The translations under genes and the position numbers were made by a program. The notes under the pieces are model-generated. The model saw nothing but the letters and a program-made list of their open reading frames with translations, searched no databases and was not told where the DNA came from. 32,748 bases of DNA from a virus (Duplodnaviria > Caudoviricetes), in the IMG/VR virus record IMGVR_UViG_3300044708_000041, positions 1 to 32,748 of that record, one strand, 5' to 3'. Positions 1 through 8,874 of the stretch are shown one piece after another (within the stretch, counting starts at the first letter, position 1; the number at the start of each line of letters is the position of its first letter).

Positions 1-1
1 G

Positions 2-625
2 GCTAGGTATTTGGCTTCATGGAGAAATAGTCTGTGTAGGTCATGTTCTCAAAAAGGACATTCGGTGTCAGAGGATACTCGAAAACAAATGTCATTGAGA
101 AAAGTAGGCAAACCATTTACACAATCACACAAAAACAAAATCTCCAAATCTCTTACTCTTCATCCTCCCATGCTTGGGAAACATCATTCTGATGAGATGA
201 AAAAGAAACAAAGTGAAAGAAATTTAGGTAGAAAATTATCAACGGAAACAAAGAAAAGACTCAAGAATGCATCAATATTATGCTGGGAGAACCCTACTAT
301 AAGAAAAAAGTATTATGATGCTTTGGCGAAGACCAAGTGGATAAACGTCAGAACGGATGTTGGACAATTGGAATTGATAGAGAAATGGAACCGTCTAGGG
401 TTTAATTTCGAACCAAATTTTCAACTCAAAACTGACGATTTTTTGTATTATTTAGATGGATACGACAAAGAAAAGAATGTGGTGTTGGAATATGATGGGA
501 AATATCACAGTCGTCAATCTCAAAAGAAACAAGACCAAATCAGACAACAGAATATAATAGACATTTTGAAACCCAAAAAGTTTTGGCGATATAATAAGAA
601 ATTCAATTCTTTTTCATGCTATTGA
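2..625 (+). CDS. Free-standing homing endonuclease-like protein (CxxC, NUMOD3-type repeats, C-terminal PD-(D/E)XK/Vsr-like nuclease), probably 5'-truncated by the window edge
   Basis: Frame is open from position 2. CRSC, then four NUMOD3-like repeats (KGHSVSEDTRKQMS, GKPFTQSHKNKIS, GKHHSDEMKKKQS, GRKLSTETKKRL), then YYLDGYDKEKNVVLEYDGKYH...QKKQDQIRQQNI, typical of DUF559/Vsr-like endonucleases. Confidence 0.75.
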   Translation, partial: ARYLASWRNSLCRSCSQKGHSVSEDTRKQMSLRKVGKPFTQSHKNKISKSLTLHPPMLGKHHSDEMKKKQSERNLGRKLSTETKKRLKNASILCWENPTIRKKYYDALAKTKWINVRTDVGQLELIEKWNRLGFNFEPNFQLKTDDFLYYLDGYDKEKNVVLEYDGKYHSRQSQKKQDQIRQQNIIDILKPKKFWRYNKKFNSFSCY

Positions 626-626
626 C

Positions 627-634
627 TATTTATA
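627..634 (+). promoter_or_regulatory. Putative late promoter box TATTTATA upstream of tail tube gene
   Basis: Same octamer recurs in short intergenic gaps at 1228, 3965, 12845 and 25005. Confidence 0.65.
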
Positions 635-666
635 CTTACAATGAACAATAATATAAGGAGTTCACC

Positions 667-1158
667 GTGGCGGACCTATTAAATTCAAACGAAATCTTCT
701 GGACGGCATTTGAGCCAAAAACTCAACACCGTTTCATAATGTATGTTGACGGTATTCCGTCGTTCACCCTCAGAAAGTGTGACCGCCCAAAACTTTCAAG
801 CGAACGAAAAACCCTTGATCACATCAACCTACAACGTTACTACAAGGGTAAATCAATTTGGCAAGAAATCACTGCCGAACTTTACGACCCAGTGGTTCCT
901 TCCGCTGCTCAAGCAGTAATGGAATGGATTCGTCTATCCCACGAATCAGTGACCGGCCGTGATGGTTACATTGACTTTTACAAAAAAGACATCACCATCA
1001 ACGTTCTTGGCCCTGTCGGTGACAAAGTAGAAGAATGGACGCTTAAAGGCGCCTTCATCACTAACTCTGATTTTCAGACACTCGATTGGCAAAACACAGG
1101 TGACGCCCTCGGTATCGTAATCACGCTTTCCTACGATTACGCCATCCTCCAGTTCTAA
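667..1158 (+). CDS. Tail tube protein (T4 gp19-like)
   Basis: 163 aa. FEPKTQHRFIMYVDGIP...KGKSIWQEITAELYDPVVPSAAQAVMEW...YKKDITINVLGPVGDKVEEWTLKGAF...ITLSYDYA matches the gp19 tube pattern. GTG start with SD AAGGAG at 655-660. Confidence 0.9.
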   Translation: MADLLNSNEIFWTAFEPKTQHRFIMYVDGIPSFTLRKCDRPKLSSERKTLDHINLQRYYKGKSIWQEITAELYDPVVPSAAQAVMEWIRLSHESVTGRDGYIDFYKKDITINVLGPVGDKVEEWTLKGAFITNSDFQTLDWQNTGDALGIVITLSYDYAILQF

Positions 1159-1180
1159 TTGGAGAAAATCATCATCCTTT

Positions 1181-1220
1181 CGAACGCCTCGACCTAACCC
1201 GGTTGAGGCGTTTGTTTTTT
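1181..1220 (+). terminator. Rho-independent terminator after tail tube gene
   Basis: 14-bp stem CGAACGCCTCGACC / GGTTGAGGCGTTTG (with G-U pairs), 6-nt loop, followed by TTTTTT. Confidence 0.85.
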
Positions 1221-1227
1221 ACATGCC

Positions 1228-1235
1228 TATTTATA
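1228..1235 (+). promoter_or_regulatory. Putative late promoter box TATTTATA, 4 nt upstream of ATG 1240
   Basis: Directly after the terminator, where a new promoter is needed. Confidence 0.65.
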
Positions 1236-1239
1236 GATA

Positions 1240-1791
1240 ATGAGAAAATCAACATTAAAATCTATCGTCAAACATGTTCTACGAGAGATGATAGACGTTG
1301 AGAAAAACGGCCCTTATACATTCAAAGATTTTGGATGGATGGGCAACATGGCAGGTTTTGGTGTTCCATCGGATGTTTATGTTGGTTCGACGTATATTGG
1401 AACGATTGAAACCACTAACGATGGCGCCAACGTTTACATAGTTTTGGTTGATACGCCAGAGGGTAAGAAGAGGTTCAAAAAAGATTCACCAACAAACAAA
1501 TTCAAATCTAAAAATCAGGCAGCAGAAGGACTCCATAGGGTTTGGAAAATTATTAGGTCAAATGGAGTGAATGAAACGACTCAAAACGATATTAAATCAC
1601 GCCAACCAAAGTCTCAAGAAATATGGCGGTCAATTTGGGATAACAATCCAGCATGGTCTAAACTCACCCTCGACAACATCAAATCTCTAAGAGACAAAGT
1701 TGCTAGAGATCAAGGAAAAGAAGACGACATGTATAAAGTATTTGATGACGAAATCAAAAGACGCCTTCAATACATCAACAAACCAGTATAA
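1240..1791 (+). CDS. Hypothetical protein, probably virion-associated (N-terminal LKSIVKHVLRE motif)
   Basis: 183 aa ORF following a TATTTATA box. The N-terminal amphipathic motif is shared with the ORFs at 25021 and 26193. Confidence 0.65.
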   Translation: MRKSTLKSIVKHVLREMIDVEKNGPYTFKDFGWMGNMAGFGVPSDVYVGSTYIGTIETTNDGANVYIVLVDTPEGKKRFKKDSPTNKFKSKNQAAEGLHRVWKIIRSNGVNETTQNDIKSRQPKSQEIWRSIWDNNPAWSKLTLDNIKSLRDKVARDQGKEDDMYKVFDDEIKRRLQYINKPV

Positions 1792-1794
1792 TTT

Positions 1795-2805
1795 ATGAAA
1801 GTAATTGGAATCTATCCGGGCCATTTTCAGCCACCCCACAAAGGTCATCTTGCCATCCACACGAAACTTCAACAGATTGTAGGCAAAGAGGCATTCATCG
1901 CTATCGTTGAAGAAACACCTACTCCCGAAGAACCATTAAATTTTGGTGACATCGAACAGATTTGGGTAAGACACGGTGTTCCAGCAAGTCATATCGTCAA
2001 GACGGATGATTGGAAACGCCCTATTGAAGTATTGAAACGATTCTCCGCTGCTCATACATCTCTTATCATCGCTTTGGATGCTAAGGAAGTTCAAAAGTTG
2101 TCTTTAAGAAGTCAAGACCAAGGCGGCAAACGAGTGTGGGTGACGGTTGATGGTCAACCAAAATATGTTCAACCTTACGAGGGAAATGAACGTTCGATGG
2201 TATCGTTAGACAAACATGCTTATGTCATGGCCGTCGAAGGAAATCGTATTGACGGAAAACCATTAACTTCAAAGAAGGTCCGTGAAATGTTGGGTTCGCC
2301 GAAATTCACTCAAGAGAACAAGAAGAAATTTTTCCAATGGGCATTCGGTTGGTTTGACATCAGTCTGTTTCAATTGTTGACCGACAAATTCAAAAATGCT
2401 TTCCAAGTAGCGTCACCACATTCAGAACAACCTGAACCAGAGGAAACAGAAGGTGAAGAATCCGAGACAGACGAACAACCTATGTCCGAGGCGATGATGA
2501 CTAATTTAGTTCAGACCATCGTAAAGGAATTATTCGGAACGTCATCTGAACCAAGCGCTCCTTCTATGTCCAGTGACACGAATGAACCACTCAAACCCGG
2601 CGAAGAACAACGAGCAAAGATAGATGCCAAAGCCTCTGCTAGTGACGCAAAGAAGAATGCTGAACGAGATTTGAAAACTGCCAATGCTGATTTGGCTTTC
2701 AAGAAAAGTTCGGTTGAGAAACTTCGTAAAGATGACATCCCAAATAAGCGAAAAGAGATTGACATGTATAACAAAGCGCTCTCTAATCCGAGTATTGGAA
2801 TGTAA
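1795..2805 (+). CDS. Cytidylyltransferase-like (HIGH superfamily) nucleotidyltransferase with acidic linker and C-terminal coiled coil
   Basis: N-terminal IGIYPGHFQPPHKGH is the GxFxPxHxGH signature. PLTSKKVRE resembles the closing SxTxIR motif. Confidence 0.75.
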   Translation: MKVIGIYPGHFQPPHKGHLAIHTKLQQIVGKEAFIAIVEETPTPEEPLNFGDIEQIWVRHGVPASHIVKTDDWKRPIEVLKRFSAAHTSLIIALDAKEVQKLSLRSQDQGGKRVWVTVDGQPKYVQPYEGNERSMVSLDKHAYVMAVEGNRIDGKPLTSKKVREMLGSPKFTQENKKKFFQWAFGWFDISLFQLLTDKFKNAFQVASPHSEQPEPEETEGEESETDEQPMSEAMMTNLVQTIVKELFGTSSEPSAPSMSSDTNEPLKPGEEQRAKIDAKASASDAKKNAERDLKTANADLAFKKSSVEKLRKDDIPNKRKEIDMYNKALSNPSIGM

Positions 2806-2872
2806 TTTTTTTTAAAATAATCCAAAAACTTCGCCGGCTTCCTATATATTGACAGAACGATAATAATACGTT

Positions 2873-3718
2873 ATGTCAGACCCATTAATTCCAATCAAAC
2901 GGCCATCCGTCCCGATTCCGGGCTTTATTGCTCAATCGGACGTTCCTCAACCTAAACAAGAATCGAAGTATCCAACTGAAATGGTTCCTTTGCCAACAAG
3001 GGGATTCTTCTACCCAGAGGGACATCCTCTAGCATCCGGCGAAGTCGAAATCAAACAAATGACTGCCCGAGAAGAAGATATTCTTGCCAATCAAGACCTT
3101 ATCAAAAAAGGAAAAGTATTGGACCGGCTGTTGGAGTCACTGATTGTGAACAAGGCCATCAAACTCGAAGACGTGTTGGTACCTGACAAAAATGCTATCT
3201 TCATTGGTGTTCGAAGGTTGGCCTATGGCGATGACTACCACGTAAAGATTACGTGTCCTAGTTGTAGTGAACAAAATGTGGTGACAATCGACCTTTCCGC
3301 TCTCGAAAACAAACCATTCGATTTTGACAAGTGTACCAAAAATCAAAATCAATTTTCCTTTACCCTACCTTCTGGTATGCCGGTCACATACAAACTACTC
3401 AATCAAGTAGATGAACATTCTATTGAAGCCGAAATCAAAAATCTAGCCAAGGTTTCCAAAGAGGCTTCGAAGGAACTCACTACTCGTTTGTGTTATCTCA
3501 TTACATCCGTCAACAACAATCCAGACAAAGCAATCATCCGTAAATTTGTCAACGATGAACTGACCGCCAAAGACAGTCTGGCTCTACGTAAACACGTCCG
3601 AGACAACAATCCTGACATCGACATGTCATTCCAATTCGTTTGTTCAGAATGCCAACATGAAAGGAGATTAGATGTCCCAATTGGGGCATCCTTTCTATGG
3701 CCTGACCTTGACGCCTGA
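2873..3718 (+). CDS. Baseplate hub/tail assembly chaperone, T4 gp26-like, with two CxxC motifs
   Basis: MVPLPTRG..Y, IKQMTAREEDIL, CPSC, LPSG, PDIDMSFQFVCSEC...SFLWP ending; lies upstream of the tape measure gene. Confidence 0.75.
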   Translation: MSDPLIPIKRPSVPIPGFIAQSDVPQPKQESKYPTEMVPLPTRGFFYPEGHPLASGEVEIKQMTAREEDILANQDLIKKGKVLDRLLESLIVNKAIKLEDVLVPDKNAIFIGVRRLAYGDDYHVKITCPSCSEQNVVTIDLSALENKPFDFDKCTKNQNQFSFTLPSGMPVTYKLLNQVDEHSIEAEIKNLAKVSKEASKELTTRLCYLITSVNNNPDKAIIRKFVNDELTAKDSLALRKHVRDNNPDIDMSFQFVCSECQHERRLDVPIGASFLWPDLDA

Positions 3719-3935
3719 GGATAAAGTCCGTGTTCACACGGAAGTCTTTCAACTCAGTTATCATGGTGGTGGCGGATTCGACCACGATATAGTGTATTCC
3801 ATGCCCATTTATCTCAGATATTTCAATTTGAGACTACTAATGCAGCAGAAGGAACGAGAAAATGCCCCACAAAATAACGACCCACCCGAAGGTGTTCGAC
3901 CAAAGATAAGCAGGCCTCCTTTGGTTAAACGGTAA
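3672..3935 (+). CDS. Small gp51-like tail/baseplate chaperone, possibly expressed as a +1 frameshift extension of the upstream ORF
   Basis: VHTEVFQLSYHGGGGFDHDIVYSMPIYLRYFNLRLL resembles gp51/GT-type chaperone C-termini. Overlaps the previous ORF by 47 nt in the +1 frame. Confidence 0.65.
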   Translation: MSQLGHPFYGLTLTPEDKVRVHTEVFQLSYHGGGGFDHDIVYSMPIYLRYFNLRLLMQQKERENAPQNNDPPEGVRPKISRPPLVKR

Positions 3936-3964
3936 ATCCTCTAAGGAAACTTCCAATTCAACAC

Positions 3965-3972
3965 TATTTATA
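3965..3972 (+). promoter_or_regulatory. Putative late promoter box TATTTATA upstream of tape measure
   Basis: Recurring octamer, 20 nt before ATG 3993. Confidence 0.65.
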
Positions 3973-3992
3973 GTATGAATTAGAAATGACCT

Positions 3993-6320
3993 ATGGCTGA
4001 CCCACTTATTCCAGAAGTAAATAAAGTAAAGGATATTCATGCTGAATTATCCGAAGTGTTGGCATTGGCTACCGCTAGCCGAAATGTTACGAAGGGATTG
4101 AATGACATTTATGCCCAAATCAACCGTCACCTTGGAAGCATGACGGATGAACAGAGACTTCACCTTGATTTGACTCAAGCCATCGAACGTTCGATACTGA
4201 ACATCAAAATCCTTGAAGCCAAACGCCTCGCCGGCCAATTAGGCAACACCACCGCGTATGCTCACCAAGCAGAAGAATTGAGTAAAATCAATCTTGCTCT
4301 CGAACTCCAATATAATCTTGAGAAGTTGATGAAAGAAAATCAAAAAGAAAAACTCAAGGGTAACATATTAGAACGAGCCGGATTAACAAAATTGGCATCA
4401 CTTTGGACACTCATTAAAACTTTAACGGCCGAACATCCCGGAATTGTAATTCTTGCGGCTGTAGGATTCATATTGGAACAGGTGGCAAAACTATTCTTCG
4501 AGATTGATGAGTCGGCGGCCAAGTTCCGTATGTCGATGGGTCAAACTCGAAATGATTCTAAACAAGTAGAAGTCATTGCTCGTGAGTTGGCCGAATCTCT
4601 CAATAAGGTTGGTGTATCGGCAATGGTGGTTCATGAGACATATCTTCAAGTAGCGAAGACAATCGGAACTACTCAAATTGCCACGACAGACATAGTTAAA
4701 GACATCTCATTGATGAATTCCCAATTGGGCATCACTCAACAAGCGTCTGTTGATTTTCTTAGAACGATGGGTATGTTTGGACGGTCAACAATGGATGCTC
4801 AGAAGAACATGTTGTTGATTACGGCCAAAATGTCGGAAGCCGCCGGCATTCCTTTGGATGATGTAATGAGGGACATCGAAGAAGCCGCCAAGTCTGGCTA
4901 TTCATATCTTTCGCGTGACCCTCTGGCTCTGGCAAAGTCTGCCATCGAAGCAAAAAGATTGGGAACGTCGCTCCAATCCACTGTAACGACTTCAAAAGGA
5001 TTGTTGGAATTCACTTCATCCGTTCAGGCTGAAATGGAAGCCAGTGTTCTTTTGGGTAAGTCATTGAATTTACAATACGCTCGTGAATTGGCCTTTCGTG
5101 GTAAGACTGCGGAATTGAACGAGGAAATCCTCCGATTGACCAAGGATACAAAGTTTGAATCTCTTGACCCAATCACTCAAGGAAAAGTAGCCGCAGCCTT
5201 TGGTAAATCTGCCGAAGAAATCGCCAAGATGTTACAGATGGATCGTGATAGAGAAACTATCATGAACAATCCGGCATTAAGGAAACAACGTGAAGAGTTG
5301 GACCGTATGTTGGCCTCAACACGAAATCTTGCTGATGCTGACGCTAACAGACTTAGATTACAACTCCAACAAGAATCAAATCAATCACGATTGACATCAT
5401 TGAGTAATTCATGGCACCAGATTCTTTATAAGTTGGGAGAGATTATCTTTCCTTTGATTGATAAACCTTTGGCCTTTGTGGCTGACCATTTGGAAGAGAT
5501 TCTCGAATACACGGCTTCGATTTATTCTCTGTTCAAGTTGGGTATGGGAATAGGAAAATGGATTGCGCCTGTTGCTGCTTTCACAGGAGGCATTGTTGAT
5601 GCCTTCGTTAGTTTAGGTGGATGGATTGGTAAATTTATTGGATTGTCAGGCAGCGCCCTAAGATTTTTTGGAGTATTCGGTAAAGCCATACCTATTATCG
5701 GTCAAGTTATTACTGGTGTCGTATTTCTGATAAATCTTGTAAAACGATTTCAAGAGATGGATTGGTCCGGCACCTTTTTAACGAAAATTTTGAAAGGTCT
5801 TAGCGCCGTTGGTGGTGCAATATACGACACATTACTACAACCATTCATTGACGTTTATCATTGGATTGCCAAACATTTGGGCGCTAACTCGCCATCCGAA
5901 ATCGGTTTGATGATTGTGAAAGGAATTGTGGCGGTAGAAGACATGATTCTCAATGCTTTGTTGTCCCCTTTCACATCGGCTTGGAATCTAATCAAGAAAA
6001 TCCCATTCATCAGCAAATGGTTCGGTGGAGCCGACCAAACAAAACTGGCTGAACCAATCATTAACGCTGACATGGCCGAAGAAAGGTCAATAGGCGGTGT
6101 AAATGGATTTAAAGGTAGTGGTCTTCAACCATTAGCCCAAGATAATCCTATGATGAAGGCTCTTATTGACAAAATAGACGAATTGAACAGCAATTTGAAA
6201 GCAATGAGAGATGATTTCAAAAATGGCGGTATCTTGGCCACGGTTAATCTTGACGGTCAAAAGGTTGACTCAGTGTTGGCAAGAACGAGAGCATTCAGAG
6301 GGGAATTAAACCCAGTCTAA
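3993..6320 (+). CDS. Tail tape measure protein
   Basis: 775 aa, helical and Ala/Leu-rich, with hydrophobic Gly-rich segments (FFGVFGKAIPIIGQVITGVVFLI) and C-terminal VNLDGQKV. Sits between the chaperones and the baseplate genes. Confidence 0.85.
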   Translation: MADPLIPEVNKVKDIHAELSEVLALATASRNVTKGLNDIYAQINRHLGSMTDEQRLHLDLTQAIERSILNIKILEAKRLAGQLGNTTAYAHQAEELSKINLALELQYNLEKLMKENQKEKLKGNILERAGLTKLASLWTLIKTLTAEHPGIVILAAVGFILEQVAKLFFEIDESAAKFRMSMGQTRNDSKQVEVIARELAESLNKVGVSAMVVHETYLQVAKTIGTTQIATTDIVKDISLMNSQLGITQQASVDFLRTMGMFGRSTMDAQKNMLLITAKMSEAAGIPLDDVMRDIEEAAKSGYSYLSRDPLALAKSAIEAKRLGTSLQSTVTTSKGLLEFTSSVQAEMEASVLLGKSLNLQYARELAFRGKTAELNEEILRLTKDTKFESLDPITQGKVAAAFGKSAEEIAKMLQMDRDRETIMNNPALRKQREELDRMLASTRNLADADANRLRLQLQQESNQSRLTSLSNSWHQILYKLGEIIFPLIDKPLAFVADHLEEILEYTASIYSLFKLGMGIGKWIAPVAAFTGGIVDAFVSLGGWIGKFIGLSGSALRFFGVFGKAIPIIGQVITGVVFLINLVKRFQEMDWSGTFLTKILKGLSAVGGAIYDTLLQPFIDVYHWIAKHLGANSPSEIGLMIVKGIVAVEDMILNALLSPFTSAWNLIKKIPFISKWFGGADQTKLAEPIINADMAEERSIGGVNGFKGSGLQPLAQDNPMMKALIDKIDELNSNLKAMRDDFKNGGILATVNLDGQKVDSVLARTRAFRGELNPV

Positions 6321-6324
6321 AATT

Positions 6325-8571
6325 ATGGCAGCGAGAATTGATTCAGTTAAGAACTTGAACGACTTCCCACCTTTGGTGAAGAACGTTCCACCCGTTTGGC
6401 CTACTCGTCCTGAGCCGGGTAAATTGAGTCTCTTGTGGGCCTCTAACTATCACGACATCTATCACAAGTTTTCTCCTTACACAACACAAGGAAGTTTTTT
6501 TGGTATTGCCCAAAAGCAACCATACATTTACAAATTTATTGATGATGCGAAGAAATCTACTTTCGACCAATTACCATCCACGGTTAAATCCCTCGCTGTA
6601 GCGCTTAACATTCCAGCGGCTATTGACGATACGGTTCGAGTTTCCAAGTTCATTCTTTCACCACAGGGTTTGACTTACTCTCTTATACAAGCCGGTCTTC
6701 AATTGACTCAACCATTTGATGAAACGAGAATTTACAATCCAATTTCTCCAATCTTGGCGGCTATTCAACCGGGAACATTTGATTTAATAAGTCGGCCAGT
6801 TCGACATATTGAATTGAGTCTTCAAGGTGTAGTCAACACTTTGGGATTGGCCAATCTTATCCAACTTCCAACTTCGGCGCCACGTTCAACAGTGGGTGAT
6901 GTTGCTTTGCCAAGTGAAGGTATCGGAACTGGCAAGGGTTTGTTGAGAGGACAAAATGCTAGCATCGCTGAATCGGGTTTAGTTAGTAAGTGGCAACAAA
7001 GTCCCGGTGGTATTTCATCTCCATTTGTTAATAATTTATTGGGTAGTCTAAAGAAGGCTGCAACGGCATTTTTCGGCGGCTTTTCAAAAATTAGTGGTAT
7101 TCAATACCGCGCCGATGAACACACTTACGATTTGATGGTTCATAGTAAAGGCAAACTCAAAACTACCAATAAGACAGGTGTCGAAACCGACGCTTTCCAA
7201 ATTTACATAGCCAAAGAAGTTGAGTATGAGAAATTCATTACTGACAATGGTTCACCTCAGTTGATTGCGCAGAATGGTTTCGTAACAAGTAAACGACCAT
7301 CTACCTTCAATGACCCCGTTTCTGATAACGTAAACAAAGTAGCCGCTGGATTACAAGCCATCATAAGTAAATTGGACCGTCATCCATATAGCGCTCAAGG
7401 TTCAGTTCAATCCACCCTTTTGAATAATGGTGAAGACCCAACAGCATTAGGAATTAATGCTTTGATGGAATCCATCCCAACACAATACGAGTCTGATAAA
7501 AAAGCGTTCGGTGTAGTCGGAGAATACCGAGCAGCCGGAACAAAGACCGTAGATGCCTCGGTAAATGAGTCAAACAATCTTCGAATCGCTACATCCTTCA
7601 AATCAGACGGAATGAATCTGTTGCCTATTTTGAAAAGAACAAAAAATGGTTCAATATCCATCCCATCTGAGGTTCAATCTCTTTATCCCGGTTGGTCTGA
7701 ATATCGACCGCACGAAGATGATTTGATTTCTTTCTTTTTCTATGATGTGGTGAATGAAAAATACATTCCATTTCGAGCCACGGTCAAAGGTATCTCGGAA
7801 GGCAATACGGCTTACTGGGATGAATTGAAATTTATTGGTCGTTCAGACGCTTTGTATTCCTACAACGGATTTACACGAACACTGTCATTCACATTCAATG
7901 TTGTAATTGGTAGTGTCGCAGAACTTTTGCCGACATGGAAGAAAATCAATTACATCGCAAGTTGTGTCAAACCATCAAATTATACCACTGGCGAAAATGT
8001 TGGACAGAAATACAATCGGTTCATTGTTCCTCCTATGTTCATGGTGACAATCGGAGACATGTATAAATTTCAACCGATTGTGGTTACTTCGGTCAATGTC
8101 AATATTCCTGACGACGCGGCTTGGGAAACATTGAATGAACAGAATGCCGCAAAGGGTTGGCATTATCTGAATGGTTTAATTACGGCCACCAATGGAACCA
8201 AATATTCTCAACTTCCAAAAGAAGCAGAAATCGCCATCACTTGTAATCTTCTTGAGAAAGAACGCGCTCAAGTGGGTGGTTCTCATTTTGGTCATTCTCC
8301 AAGAGTAGATGATTGGGATACGAAAGATGGCGACAGTCAATATCTCGTAGGAGATGATGCCTTTTTACCAAAACCAACGGAATTTTCAACTAATTTGATT
8401 GAGTCAAATGCTCCATCTATTTCGAAGATTGCGACTCCAACGCCGCCTGCTACACCATTTAAATTGTTGTCAACTCCACCAACAGGAAATTCTGGTAATG
8501 GGGGTGTTCCTCAATTCCGAGTTCCAAGTGGCAATTCGCTATCGAACACCAATGGCATCCCAAAAATATAA
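6325..8571 (+). CDS. Baseplate/tail-tube initiator-like structural protein
   Basis: 748 aa. C-terminal half YIPFRATVKGISEGNTAYWDELKFIGRSDALYSYNGFTRTLSFTF...PPMFMVTIGDMY resembles tube-fold initiator/cap proteins. Follows the tape measure gene. Confidence 0.6.
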   Translation: MAARIDSVKNLNDFPPLVKNVPPVWPTRPEPGKLSLLWASNYHDIYHKFSPYTTQGSFFGIAQKQPYIYKFIDDAKKSTFDQLPSTVKSLAVALNIPAAIDDTVRVSKFILSPQGLTYSLIQAGLQLTQPFDETRIYNPISPILAAIQPGTFDLISRPVRHIELSLQGVVNTLGLANLIQLPTSAPRSTVGDVALPSEGIGTGKGLLRGQNASIAESGLVSKWQQSPGGISSPFVNNLLGSLKKAATAFFGGFSKISGIQYRADEHTYDLMVHSKGKLKTTNKTGVETDAFQIYIAKEVEYEKFITDNGSPQLIAQNGFVTSKRPSTFNDPVSDNVNKVAAGLQAIISKLDRHPYSAQGSVQSTLLNNGEDPTALGINALMESIPTQYESDKKAFGVVGEYRAAGTKTVDASVNESNNLRIATSFKSDGMNLLPILKRTKNGSISIPSEVQSLYPGWSEYRPHEDDLISFFFYDVVNEKYIPFRATVKGISEGNTAYWDELKFIGRSDALYSYNGFTRTLSFTFNVVIGSVAELLPTWKKINYIASCVKPSNYTTGENVGQKYNRFIVPPMFMVTIGDMYKFQPIVVTSVNVNIPDDAAWETLNEQNAAKGWHYLNGLITATNGTKYSQLPKEAEIAITCNLLEKERAQVGGSHFGHSPRVDDWDTKDGDSQYLVGDDAFLPKPTEFSTNLIESNAPSISKIATPTPPATPFKLLSTPPTGNSGNGGVPQFRVPSGNSLSNTNGIPKI

Positions 8572-8574
8572 TTT

Positions 8575-8871
8575 ATGAAACGATATGACTCCACGCCCGT
8601 AGAGGCTAGATATGATGGAAAGAGGGTTTACAAGACCACACGGTATCCAATGATTATCGCTTCTCCATCCGACACCATCGTTATTTCTACTGATGCCGAT
8701 TACTTGGATAGTTTGGCTTTCAAATACTACGGCGACCCTACGCTGTGGTGGATAATCGCTTTAGCGAATAACATCGGCAAAGGAAGATTGGCGGTTCCAT
8801 CCGGCATCCAACTACGTATTCCAACGAACACTAGCGAATTGTTAGTTCAATTTCACAATCTCAATAAATAA
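8575..8871 (+). CDS. LysM-like baseplate wedge / tail X protein (gp53-like)
   Basis: DYLDSLAFKYYGDPTLWWIIALANNI...VPSGIQLRIP is the canonical LysM/gpX pattern. Confidence 0.85.
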   Translation: MKRYDSTPVEARYDGKRVYKTTRYPMIIASPSDTIVISTDADYLDSLAFKYYGDPTLWWIIALANNIGKGRLAVPSGIQLRIPTNTSELLVQFHNLNK

Positions 8872-8874
8872 GTT

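Noticed and set aside
2849-2870. TTGACA upstream of the gp26-like gene as a sigma70 promoter
   Set aside because: No -10 hexamer at 16-18 nt spacing before the start codon.
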